This document shows, in pieces, positions 40,219-53,100 of a stretch of DNA of 64,000 bases (positions are counted from its first letter, which is position 1; each line of letters begins with the position of its first letter). The translations under genes were made by a program, and so were the position numbers. The notes beneath the pieces are model-generated. The model saw only the letters and a list, made by a program, of their open reading frames with translations, was not told the DNA's origin and made no database searches. Source of the DNA: Balanoglossus misakiensis (taxonomy: Eukaryota; Animalia; Hemichordata); assembly GCA_040954595.2 (NCBI GenBank), contig CM082591.2:10991309-11055308 (forward strand), written 5' to 3'.

Positions 40219-42200
40219 GTCATTTGCCGACACTTGTAACGTCTGACTGTTGGAACATATCAAATTTTAGGTTCTGCGCAATGGAAAACAAAGAAATAAA
40301 CTGCATAAATCTGAAAGAATTGACTGAAAATATGTGAGATCGGGAATTGTTAGAGATACACGTAAGTTACAAGTATTAAATAAACGTAATTTGCCGAATA
40401 TCGGACTGAACAAACGAATAGAACTCTCGGTGAGCTGTTCAATATGCGTTTAAACTGTACCAGACAAATGGCCATGAACCTCCCCATGACCTCGCGATGA
40501 CTGTCGTGTCACTTACATGTACAGTGTATGTGGACTACATGTACATTACATTTCATGAACAATGACGGTTTTGGCTAGGTCATATCACTATAGCCGCTTG
40601 TCTGAAAAAATCTCGTATCATTTGACCGCTAATGTAATGCCATGTAATTGTATTTTTTTTGCAGTGTGTCGTGCACTTATACAAGTAGTTAGAAAAAAGC
40701 CCACATAGTGCTGGTAATTCGCGAGGCCACGCAAGTATCACGCGTTTAACACGCCACAGATATCGATGTCAGATCTCTCATCAAATGTGAATATTATTTG
40801 GGGCCTGTATGGGCTGAATTATATGCGAGTGTTCGTCAAAAAATTAATCGCTACTCCCATGTACTATTAAGATCTATGATATTGTCTGAAATAATCTCTC
40901 ATCGACAATTAAAGCATCCGTTTGAATTTTGCGAAATAAAAAAAATGGGTGGCCATGTCCTGACTTTGAACCTCATCATTATACATGTATACTCAACTGT
41001 ATAAAATTAAATATCGGACGTCGACTCAACAAACTTTTTCACGGAATGCGTCATTTGCCGACACTTACGTCTGACTGTTTGAACATATCAAAGTTTAGGT
41101 TCTGCGCACTGGAAAACAAAGAAATATACTGTTTGAAAATATTATGTTTTTGGTAGGCAGCAATGACACACGATTGAATAAACTGTACAAATTTCAATAT
41201 CGGACTGAACAAACGAATAGAACTCTCGGTGAGCTGTTCAATATGCGTTTTTATCATACATGCAACGCCTGTATTTAACACTTTCTATTGTTCTCGCCCC
41301 GAAGATATTTTACGGTATTTCACAATGTGAAAATATCGCGTCTCGGCGCGACAGTTCGCTGCGCGCGCGAGCGACACAAGGGGCTTAGGACTCTAGTGGA
41401 AAGGGGTGTTGTAAAATTCGGTTATTAGAAGCTGTAATAAAGTTTTCAAAGCTGGCGGTTTTGTCATGTTGAATGCATCATTATTAGTTCTTTGAAATTC
41501 TCAATGCAAAATAATTGTTAACATGATAATTTGAAAGAGAACGTAGACAATTTTATTTAGAATGCGGATGTACCCATCGTAATGAAAGCTGCCAACCCCC
41601 TTAAAATGATACTACGGCCCACACGTCATACGTCACAACATGGCTAATGCCGTGATCCCAGCGCCCGGTTCAAATTTGAAATTGTTTTTCTCGGCGCATT
41701 TTCGCAAATCGTACTGTTTTATAGGTAGGCATGTATGATAAAGGGTTTATTACACGAATTTTGGTCGATAACGCGACGCATTATCGACCAAAATTCGTGT
41801 AATAACCCCTAAAAACTGTACCAGACATATGGCCATGAACCTCCAGATGACCCCGCGATGATTGTCGTGTCACTTAGGCTAAAACAAAAAAATATGTTCT
41901 TTTCCGATTACCCGAACTACCCTAATTTTAAACCGACGACCCTAAACTTTATAGAGCTTTGTAAACCCGGAAGTAAAAATAATGATGTCAAATACACAAA
42001 ATTTATGAAAATATGGCGAAATCGCGCGCATCACGCAAGAGTATGACGTCAGTCTACTACACTTCGGCGGCCAGAGAAATAACAAAATTGCAAAATAAAA
42101 AAAATTCCCTACCTACCTACCTACCTACCTACCTACCTACCCGCTTGCCTGAAAAAAATCGCGTATTATTTGACCGCGAATGTAATGTCATGTAATTGTT
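40219..42200. repeat. Internal direct duplication (~420 bp) whose second copy is interrupted by insertions
   Basis: Copy 1 spans ~40219-40650. Copy 2 is in pieces at ~41049-41251, ~41813-41876 and ~42142-42200 (shared cgtcatttgccgacactt, aatatcggactgaacaaacgaatagaactctcggtgagc, aaactgtaccagaca, ccgcttg.ctgaaaaaa). Confidence 0.8.
41251..41812 (+). mobile_element. ~560-bp insertion with 13-bp inverted repeats plus a terminal palindrome (Helentron/HINE-like architecture)
   Basis: ttatcatacatgc (41251) and gcatgtatgataa (ending 41741) are followed by a ~69-bp palindrome at 41742-41810. The insertion is absent from the paralogous copy at ~40451 and sits at a T-run. Confidence 0.65.
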
Positions 42201-43085
42201 TTTGTTTTTTGCGTCCTAGAACTGTCATGTCTGTTCCCTTACATGGAAAGACAACTAAACTCGCCCAAATAATTTGATGAAAAATCATAAGATCAACACT
42301 GGGCTTCTGACGACCCTATCTACGTGAATCCCATCCCAAACATCATTTCTATGAAAAAAAATCACGAATGAGTAATTGATTTTTGACACTGGGCATACTA
42401 TCTGTTTCCTGTGCCTTGCTCTACATGTACATGTACAATATTCTGAAGTAACGTCGCGATGTGATCGCCCGTTCCTCAACACGCGCGGAGGGACTGTCAA
42501 GGATTATCAATCTTATAAAAATCAGGCGTACAGAGCAGCGACGTCTTTACTTCAACTGTATTTGCTGTTCTCGTTCTGATGATGTCAGTTTCAGATCAAG
42601 AACAACAAATACGCAAGGACGTCGCTGCTCAGTCGGTAAAATATGATTGTAGGATTTTTACCAATATCACCATGCTCACGTTTTTTACTAGTGGCGATCG
42701 TGAGATGGCCCACGCCCATTTTTGTACAGCAAGCTTTCACAATAAAATATTAAACAAAGAAAAAATAAATGGACAATGTGTCCTGTCATGTATAACGTGA
42801 CTTGTTTCGGGAATAAAGCATGCAGCAGACAGTTGAATTGGCCTTACAACGGCGCTCATTATACTTTGTTACACGGTGACATGGTTGAGAGTGGCAAACC
42901 TTTCGGTCCTATGACACTACAAAAGCACCGACAATCACTTATAGTTGCTAATCTGATTAACTACATGAGAGATTATATAGTTATATTATATGCAAATGCA
43001 ACTCCTGCTTGCCTTCCTCGCTTCTGGGACTTTGAACAACAGGATTATTTCTGCTGAAATATAGACAAATGCCAGTAAGTTTTTT

Positions 43086-44108
43086 ATGAACAGGATGGGA
43101 AGAATTGCTATTGAGCATCGACAGAAGATAGTGGAGTGGCATAAGTCTGGACACAAGATCGTTGAAATTGTTGAATTACTCAGGAAAGATGGAGTCAACA
43201 CCAGCAGAAATGCCGTAAGTCTGTTTCTTCAAAAGTATAGAAAAACTGGCTCTGTTCTTGACAAACGTAGAAGTGGGCGACCACGGAAAGCAACGATGGA
43301 GGTGAAAAATTTTATCAATGAAAAAATGGATGCTGACCGTGAACTTATATCGCGTCACCTGAGAGAAGAAATTCGTTTGGAGTTCGAAGTTAATATGAAT
43401 GAACGGACTGTCCGTAAAGCTCGATTGGAAATGGGCTGGATAAGGTCTCGAACCAAGTATGGCCATATGGTGAGAGAGCCTAACCGTGAAAAGCGTATGG
43501 AATGGTGTCTACACATGATGTATAATGAGGAAACATTCGATGACGTTATATGGACAGATGAGACAACTGTTGTCATGGAAACCTACGGAAACTACCAATA
43601 CCGTAAAGAAGGAGAGCCCAACCCTCGAAAACAAAAAGCTAAGCATCCTGGAAAATTGAACGTTTGGGGTTCGATTACTAGAAAGGGGGCTGGAAATCTA
43701 GTGATTTTTGACGGAACCTTAAATCAAAGATTTTACACAGAGTCAATTTTACGCGACACTGTACTCCCACTGAAGAATGCATATTTTCCTAATGGTGGAC
43801 GTTTTCAACAAGATTCTGCACCAGCGCACCGCTCAAGGCTTGCCATGGATTTCCTTCGAGAAAACCAGATAACGCGATTCCCTTTCCCTCCGGAGTCACC
43901 AGACCTTAACCCTATTGAAAAGGTTTGGAACTGTATGAAATACTACATCAAAAATAAGGCCAAACCAAGAAACATGGAAGAACTGCAGAACTGTGTTCTT
44001 AGATATTGGCAAAGTGTTGACATGAACATGTGTAATTACTTAATCGACATGCTATATACTGTAATGCCACGAGTTATAGAATTGGAGGGTCATCCTTCGG
44101 GCTATTAG
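43086..44108 (+). CDS. Tc1-family DD34E transposase, intact 340-aa ORF
   Basis: N-terminal HTH region, RRSGRPRK linker, catalytic WTDET ... FQQDSAPAH ... SPDLNPIEKVW with 34 residues between the second D and E, and an NVWGSIT motif. Confidence 0.96.
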   Translation: MNRMGRIAIEHRQKIVEWHKSGHKIVEIVELLRKDGVNTSRNAVSLFLQKYRKTGSVLDKRRSGRPRKATMEVKNFINEKMDADRELISRHLREEIRLEFEVNMNERTVRKARLEMGWIRSRTKYGHMVREPNREKRMEWCLHMMYNEETFDDVIWTDETTVVMETYGNYQYRKEGEPNPRKQKAKHPGKLNVWGSITRKGAGNLVIFDGTLNQRFYTESILRDTVLPLKNAYFPNGGRFQQDSAPAHRSRLAMDFLRENQITRFPFPPESPDLNPIEKVWNCMKYYIKNKAKPRNMEELQNCVLRYWQSVDMNMCNYLIDMLYTVMPRVIELEGHPSGY

Positions 44109-47100
44109 AAACCGATTTACAGACGTTTTGCCTATGGTGCAGGTAACTCTTACTCCCAGGAGCAGCAGTGGGTCCGGTGGTCTGCCTGGCCCCGTGTCTG
44201 TCAGTCAGGACATTGCTGGGCAAATTCCCGACGGATGGTTATGTGCTATGTACACAATGAGATGATCCAGTAAATTTTGAACACCTAATCACTCATTTTT
44301 TCAAAGTGAAAATGCAGCTATTTGAGACACTTTTGTTTTATCATTTTGTCAAACACACATTGTTGATCCTCAGACTTTTCTAATGCTGTGTTTTTGTGAG
44401 TTTTCATTGAGTGGAAAGCCATTTGTCCCAGTTATAAAGCTGCACTCACTGGGCTTGCAGCTATTGGCCTCGAAGTAGTGAACTGATAATCTGGCGCACT
44501 CACGCCAAAGCGGACAATTTCAGAAGTAAAAGCATCATTCGGTCTGTTATATTCCTAAGTTTTAGATGAAACATCCATTGCCAAACAAAGATCCCAGAAT
44601 TTACGGTACCATTGCAAACAGAGACTGGCCTTTTCAGTGTTAAGTGGCCATTACAGCTGTTACGTAAAATGCTGATGATAAGCGCTAACATAGGTCAATT
44701 TACGAGACAAGGCAATTTTAGCCGTAATACTATAACAAACACACGTCGCCAACTCTTATCCTCGTCCAATGATATAACACCCAAATGCAAATTTAACTCC
44801 AAAAGTGGCAAATTTCGAAAGCAAACCAAATGCTCTAACTATCTGTATCTATTTCTTATATCTTCATTTACTGTTGTCGTATGATTTTGTAGAAGAGACA
44901 TGAAATAAATTATAATTATATTTCTATGTTAAACTGAAGTCTCGAACGTGTTGTGTACATGACGTCACATATAAACATGCACTGACCCTGTTCTTGTTGG
45001 TAAGATTGAGCAAGCTTCGGTACTTCGACGGAAACGAAAATGTTTGCAAGACAATAACTCAACAACAGAGAGGCTCACGTCATTCCCGTTTTGTGTGTTA
45101 ACGGTTAGAAATCTTAACGACGAACTCCAGTTTTGTGTAAAACAAATGACCACAGACAAAGAAAGGTCACGATGTTATAATCATGATAGCAAAATCATTT
45201 TGTGCGTCAACGCGTTGACAAAACTTCCCAAAAAGTCGTGACTGTTTAATATTTGGCATTCATGGTGTCTTGAATTGAGTCGCCCGCTCGCGCAGCTGAC
45301 ACAATAACTTCTTGTGTCACTGCTCTTTGTTTGTTTGTTTGTTTGTTTGTTTGTTTGTTTCCCCGAAAAGAACGCCTAATTCGCCTGTACCCGCGGTGGG
45401 TGCTTTGATACCGTGTATTAGCTGATGAGGATATTGCTTGTTGCCAGATAGCTGACTTCATCAAATCAGTTGTATGTAAACAAAATTTGTCACCAATCTG
45501 TTCTATATACAGATCGCACCGAGCACTCAGACTGAGCGCTCCGTGCGATCTGTGGTCCTATATGGCTAATGTACAACATTGTTATATAACATGTAAGTTA
45601 CGCAACGTGACTAAAAGATAGAATCGTCACTGACACCATAGACCCTAGGGTCTATCTGACACAAAACATACACAGTGACTAGTGTTATACGAGTTGAGCA
45701 GAATTACATAAATCTGACGTGATTTTTTTCTGTTTTAAAGCAAGAATTAAACTTCTCTCTTAAAATCCAGTTCACATCCGCTATTCTTCTTTGCGCTGTC
45801 CTTTTTTCCTGTGCACAACACCTGAGATCACAACGCATGCTCTTTAAAATTCGTCATCAAATACGTCATTTATTTCACACGTTTGTTAATTAATGCCTGT
45901 CATTTTCCCGACAGTTGAAAAGTTGAGAATCTGAAGTAAAAAACGTGATTATTTGAATACACTTCAAACTATTGTACTGATCTTAAACATTTGAAGATTC
46001 GCTGTTGTTCCGATGTGTCATTGATGCGGTGCGGGAAACCTCGTAACATTTATGACACGGGCAATCACGTCTCAGTTTGATCGGTTCGACTGCCTATTAC
46101 ATCTACGTAGCCAGCCAAACCGATCGGCCAAGCATCGCTCCAGTCGCAAAACACTGTATATATTCTCCGCACTACAGTTTTTTTTCTGTCCGCCTCTCCC
46201 ATATTTACTGTAAGGATAGGTGTCGGTCATTCCATTGATCTGAAATAAACGTATTTGAACCATTCGGTAACATTGAGGCCACAGGAGCTGCGATATTTTG
46301 CATTATTTCAAACCAAAGTTCGGTATTCAAGTAAATATGCGTACTGAAGGACGAGTATTGAACTATTGGAGAGGTTTAGTTACACCTTAAAACGTCTGAC
46401 CGAAGGAAGTGGCGTACGCGTACTATGCGTAGCGACGCGTGAATTTTGCGGTTTAGTTGTGGTTTTTGGATGCTGGCTACATCACAATTGCACCTTCAGA
46501 TATCAATCGCTCAAATTAAGAGAGAATATCGAGCATTTCGGAAAAAATGTTACACGTAATCATGATTACACTAGAAGAGTCGTTTGCCGTTCCGAACGTC
46601 TGCTCCATACACGTACGCGACGTGTGGTTATCACGTGACGACGACGCTAAATCTTTATTAAAAGTTCAGTTCCGTTTTGTGTTCACGGAGTACTGCAACT
46701 CGTACGCCAACGAATGCATCTGTAAAACTGTGGTTTCTCACGCAAATAAAAAAAAACATTTAGTTCGAGAGCTTTCGGTTTCTGCAGTGTCAACTTCACA
46801 CTACGAGGTCTTGCTGGGTTGTGGCGGAAATATTGATGTCGCCAAGGCGGAAAATTCAGCAGTTGGCCAAGACAGGGTGTATTTTATAATTAGTACGAAT
46901 TGGGTGGACGTATCATTTGCGCCAGCAAAGGTAAAACCACTGAAACGAACGAAAGGCAACCAGTCAGTGAGTCCACTATCTGAACAGTCCTGAACATTTC
47001 CGGAATAAAGAAAGTAGTGTTGATAACTTGCGTCTTTGCCATTATCCCATATAATAGCAATGTTTATTCGGAAGATAAACAATGTTACGTAAGGAAGTTT

Positions 47101-47644
47101 GGTTGAAACGAAACTGTTGTCTGTTTACCTCGTGAGTCGTTGGTTCGGATGGTGGCATGCACAAATTTGTGAAGACGGCTCCTGGCACGATTTACTCTTG
47201 GAAAGTTAATATGACGGAAGTACATCTTTTTAAAAATCCAATTAAGCAATTGTGAACACAGCATGGTAAAATGACGATGCGGTAAATAAACATTCCTGTT
47301 CGATTTACATTGTTGCAATCTATCCATCGACGTCTTGTTTTACGTTCATTTATCTATCGCGGTGAGACAGAACTTGTTGTAATCTTAATTGTAACTAACA
47401 CCTCTCGCTTATCGCGCAGTTTCCCTTGTCTAAGCTTGTAAGAACAATTTAGAATGTGTCATTGCGGCAGGCTTTGCAGTCTTAATGCTCATGTTGATAG
47501 CAAACTGATAGCTTGGGATTACTAGTATCCTGTGGGAAAAACACACTTCGGACAAAAGGAACGGTTTCAGGGCTGTGTGGTACAGTTCTGGCGAATCTCT
47601 CGTGAGGATCACTTCTCCGCTCCTAACACATTCTTACGTTCGCA

Positions 47645-50110
47645 ATGAAAACCAGAAGACAACTTCTTAAAGGTGAGTAATTTTTTAACCTGACTTTTAA
47701 TGCGTACATAAATGGCCACGATGCCCTCAATTAATGTACCATGGGCACTTGATCAAAATTGAGTGTTTCTTATGTCGTCTAATTGACGGGTGTATTTCCA
47801 TTTCCTACAGCCGCTGATTTGGTTCTTGTCAAATTTATTGTTGACAAGAAGACGGCAATTGTGCCAAGGCAACGAATCGTCTCAGGGAATATCGCTGTTG
47901 GGGGCAAAGTTACCGTGAGATGGCATAACAAAGAATTTCACGATGCGCTTGTAATGATGGAATCAGGTAAGCAAGGTCACGTTTATGCGTAAAATTATCA
48001 GAAGTGTACATTTTTGAATGACCAGTTCTGATTAGGTGGAACCCATAACACATGAAATGTCAGTACCGACCAATACTCATGAAGCATATTTTTCTTTAAA
48101 TTACAGTTGACAAAATGAGATATCATGTATCAATTCAGGCAATACACTTGTCTTTGTCTGATCTGCATCCATGGTCTGATAAACAGGAAAACAGTCCAAG
48201 TTACAATGAATATACCGTAGGGGCATTTTCTTAAACGTGCCTTATCTCGCATTATTTGTATTTTGATTTAGACGACAGAAGCGCATTGGAGAGATGGGAC
48301 ATCGAAGAACACAGTCACCAAGATTTGCAGGACAAAATGGACCGGCAAACAAGAAGAAAAGGGGTAGGAAGAAAGCGACAAGCTGACAACGCCCAACAAA
48401 CACAGTCACAGACCAAGAAAACAAGAGTGGTTGCCAGTGGCCGTCCAAAAACAAAAAAGGTAGAGTTTTGACTCGTTTTGCAAAATACATGTGCTACAGT
48501 GAAGTATTTTTTGCATTATTTGTACATGTACATGTAGTTCTGTCTAGAAGTACGGAATGCACATAAACACTACACAAGGCTCGTCGGTGTTGTGCATGGC
48601 GAATATAAGACATTACAAGGGAAATTGGCAAGAATTTATCAACTCTGTTGTTCGTGTTTTGACCCAAACACTTTAAAATGTTGTCCCTTCGCACTGAAAT
48701 TTGCACAACGGAAACGGTAGGCATAAAATCGTTGATAAAATCAAGTGTTTTCTCGGGCATCCCAACTTATACGGGCAAACTGGGAATATCATTTGTGTTT
48801 TTAAAATTCCTGTCGCAGTGGAAGATTTGCTGCTATTATTTGTCACGCCTTAAACACATAAAATTGGTGTGAATAATTTTCAACTTTCGAACTTTGTCAC
48901 CATTGGGAATAACATTCAACTGTTTTCGTCACAGTTTAGTTAGGACATAGACTGTCTATGGTTAGGACTTCGTCCATAGACTCTAGGGTCTATGCATTGG
49001 CTAATTACTTACCAGTCAACCTGTTAAACAGAATGCAGTTTAGTTTCAAATACACAATGAGGCTTTATTCATTGTTTGTACCCCTTTAGTCACAGTTTTC
49101 TATAATATACTGACCACTGACTAAAAAGTTACTTTTCCTGTTCACGTTTTGCCGGAAATTTATGACAATTTTTTCAAATAAGCTTAATTTGTGTTTACGA
49201 TTTTAAACAGGGAGAAACGACAGTTCGCACGAGGACCGAATTGTTGCCTCAAGCCACATCTAGTCCGTCAACATCACCACAAGCAGGGCCATCAAGTACA
49301 ACGAGAAGCAGTGACATAAATGTACGGTCAGTAACAGTGATGCCGAGACCATCTCCACTAAGACGTCTTCACATTCACGTCCACACCCCATCTTCACAGA
49401 CTCCAACAACGCCTGAACGGAACACAGAACCGCTCACCCCCTTGCCTTCCAGTCCACCATCATCAATCTCGCCGAACCCTGCAAGATCTGTGATCAGTAG
49501 AAGACAGGCTGATGTCACTGGTGCTCTAATGAAATTCATTGAGGACCAGGGACAAAGGAATGAGAGGGTAATAAATGCAGTCTTGTCTTTAACGGAAAAT
49601 GTAAACAAAGTCGTCGCGAAAGTGGAGGTCATGTTTGACAAGATTACAAACATGCAAAATACTGACACCGCTCCGGGGGGAGGCAGTAACAGCCCAGGCA
49701 CACGACCACCAAGTGATGAGGGTTCACGCGATCATTCAAGCAGCTTGGAAAACACGTTCAATGAAGGCAGTAGATTTAACCTGTCTGATAGCAAGCTGCT
49801 TGAAATTAAAACAACGTCAAATTCACGGGCAAACTTTGCAGCCTCTCTAAACAAAGTAATCTTCACGGAGCAAGAAAGACGCACACAAAATGCAACTGGT
49901 CGACAGGGTAAAGGGATGTTTGACCCCGAAAAACTAAAATTCATAAAAGAACAAGTATTCAGACATTTTCCAGCTACCCCCCGTGAAGTTCATTTTTTTT
50001 GGAAACAATGTTTGGATGCTATTCATGAGGTCAACCGCCGCCCTATCAAAAGTAGAAGCAGAAATGAAAATCACATCGACCAGACACCATTACACGTGCA
50101 GGCTCCATAA
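47645..50110 (+). CDS. BEN-domain protein, four coding exons, 423 aa
   Basis: Exons 47645-47672, 47811-47966, 48272-48459 and 49211-50110 have canonical splice sites and matching phases (1/1/0). The C-terminal SRANFAASLNKVIFTEQER...NATGRQGKGMFDPEKLKFIKEQVFRHFP...WKQCLDAIHEVNRR fits a BEN domain. It is preceded by a small beta-rich N-terminal domain, a basic NLS-like stretch, an S/P/T-rich linker and a coiled-coil-like segment. AATAAA at 50282. Confidence 0.88.
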
Positions 50111-53100
50111 TCCGTTTAGTAAACAGTACCATTGAATTACGCAATGACTGTAAATTTTCTCAGGTTAAGTTATTGTGTCCAACAATGATTACGTCCAAAG
50201 TGTATTATTTTCTGTAGTAAAGTTAAATTTCTTTTTTCATTTAGATTTTGTAGTTCCTTTCTATGCAGTAGCTCTTACTTTAATAAAGTGAATATATACA
50301 TTTATTTTAGAAATGAATTTCATCTTTGGTGATTCTTGGTATGAGTGAGTGAGTGGACACTTTAGCCGTATCGTGCAGCAGTGATTTGTGTGTGATGCGA
50401 GATCATTTCTGGTCAAACACAGTCTTCAAAATTATCGCAAATTCTCACTTGTCGATTTACTGAGGAATGATGGGTCCATCATTTATGTAACCTTGGTTCA
50501 CCATCAACTTCTTTCACATGCATTCGGCACATTGATAATCCACTGGCCAACGTTTGTTCTGGAGGTTGAAAACGTTTACCTCAAAAGATTGAAAATCATA
50601 AGGATCGTTTTAATGTGCTAAATTTATAAAGATCGGAAGAGGCACGCATACCGGCCATGTAGTGTGCCTATGTGTAGATCTGATCTACGACTAGGTCGAT
50701 GACATGAGAGGTGGAATTCGTTCGGCTATACACTATTTTGAGGGACTGTGACATAGTTTTTATCCCAACAAATTTAAACTTGGAAAGTTATCGACACGGC
50801 CAACGTAGAGATGAATAAATTGTGTATACAATACATCAACCTCTTTCTTTGATCTACAATTTAGTCACTGCACTGTTCCGTGCCCACATTCTAACGCCAG
50901 TGACATTATTCTATGTTTGAAACTCGGGCATGCTGATTCAAGTAACGCAACAAAGTAACTGTTCACAAACCCGGTATATGGTAGTTGTAGAATGTTATGT
51001 CGTTCATCAACATGTATTAACTGACGTTTTAATACAGCTCAAACATAAAAAAATTGTTGACCTTGCCGCTCAATCGATGATTACATTTCAAAACCCAGTG
51101 GAGCGGCAGTTGTTCCTGGTGTGGTGATCGGTCTTTCGCCAACCTTCCTACAATTTATGCCTAAAGTATAGCGTGACTATGGGCAATCCCGATATCGTAC
51201 ATACAAACAAAAATACCCATTGCTGGCGTTGAGGTTTTATTGGGGCTGACAACAAAGCTCACTACAGTTTTATTTTTTCATTTTTTTTATAATTCTGACT
51301 TTATTATTGATTTAAAAAAACTACGATTATTTTCTTTAATAATAGTAGGAAAGGACGCCTTTGCCTTGATTTTGTATATCCGAGCGAGTAACTTGGAAAA
51401 ACCGGTGACACGTTTTGCAACTGAGTATTGGAACCGATAAATAATTTTACTGTATCCTGGCAATTATCATTACTTTATGACAATACATTCTTTTTACTCA
51501 TGAAAATCTAGGATGATTCTGGTTCCAAGGAGTTTAGCTGATAAATGGAAATATAACTGAATGCGGAAGTAAACGCACTCGTAATGTTGCGATTCGCCAA
51601 CACACGCACACACACACGCGACCATTAGAGTCCCCTATATACGACAATTCCCGTCTCCCGTTAATAAATACGAGATCAAATAAAAAAAAACAATGAGTGT
51701 ACTCCACTAGCAATTTGATTTGAAAGCATTCATCAGAATACCATTCTCATACACTGTAGGCCTATGTTCGTTTTTTATATGCACATCGCGATTTTTTCGC
51801 GTGGCCTCGCGAGCAAAATTGTCTTGAGTAATCACGCGTACCTGAGTAGGCCTATTGTTAAAACTGTCGCGACAACAATAGTATCATCGTTCCTAAAGAA
51901 ATTTTTTGAGGTGCGATGTCGTTCCCTGAAAGTTTGATTTTTCCGGCAGAGCACGATAGCATTTCACTAACGTCTGGCATTGATTTCACCACACATGCAT
52001 GTAGGCCTACATTGTAAACATGACTTCAATAATTCCTATAATTCAATGGTGGGTTGATGAAAGGATGAGCTTAAAAGCGGTGATAATCATGTGTCAGAGT
52101 GTTTAATTTAACGGACCTTGACTAATCGAGCTCGAATACGACCGAAACGATACAATATCGTCATGCATAAACGCAGTCGGTCACCCGCGCATAGACCCAC
52201 ACGTCTTTCGTGTGGCTTCTTTTTTTATTCATTGTCAGGATGTCGCGATCTGAGACCGGTCCCAGACTGCTCTTTTGGTAACCTGGGAGTCTCAGTTTGC
52301 GGTCCCGGATTAGGTTTTGGGGACCCGTACATACCTCAATTATTCGCAATTACATTTATACCACAAGAAAAATCGTCTTATCAGTCAAGTTTATTCGATA
52401 TGGAAGGAAACGAACAATCGGCAGCAACCTGTATTTCTTTAGAACATTGTCAAATTCGACCAGAACTTGTACCGACTCCACCCCAACCACACATATTTTA
52501 ACATTTTACTAAAAACTGAATTTCAGAAGCATTGTGTGTCATCGCAAAACGGCCGCGTCGGAAAGCTTGTCTTGTGGAGTGACCGTGGTCGACACGAAAA
52601 AAGATCGAACAATGTCGCAACGTAGACTAGCCCCCATTAGCCTCTTGACGTTTTTTTTCTGCCTCAATAAAGAAACTTAAAATACACAGTAAGGTTACAA
52701 ATTTGTCGATGGAGAGCTGAAAAAAAGAAAAACTTAATATATGCGATGTCGGCCAGACTGTAAAGATGAGTCGGCAGACCCTGAACCAAGAAGTAGGTCA
52801 TCCTGCCTAGGTCAAAGAGCAAGATTGCGAACGTCGAAGGAAACTACTGGGATGATCGTCGCAAAGTGCTGTGGGGAATCTCGGCTGAAATATCCATTTT
52901 TAATGCGATTCTTCAATAATGTCACTAAAAATGTGGTCGGTAAAGACATTGACATGATTTTTTATTCAATAACAGAAAAATATCGTCAAGTTTATGCGCC
53001 CGACGACAACGGCTGTTCAATTCACCAACGTTACTCCCACCTTATAGCACAGGCGGCCTGTGCCTTTTAGTAACTCAACCACAGCTACATGTATCACATC

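Noticed and set aside
42421-48538. ctacatgtacatgtacaa inverted pair as TIRs of a nested Tc1
   Set aside because: It is a self-complementary low-complexity tacatg repeat that is common in this window, and the right copy lies inside a BEN-gene intron.
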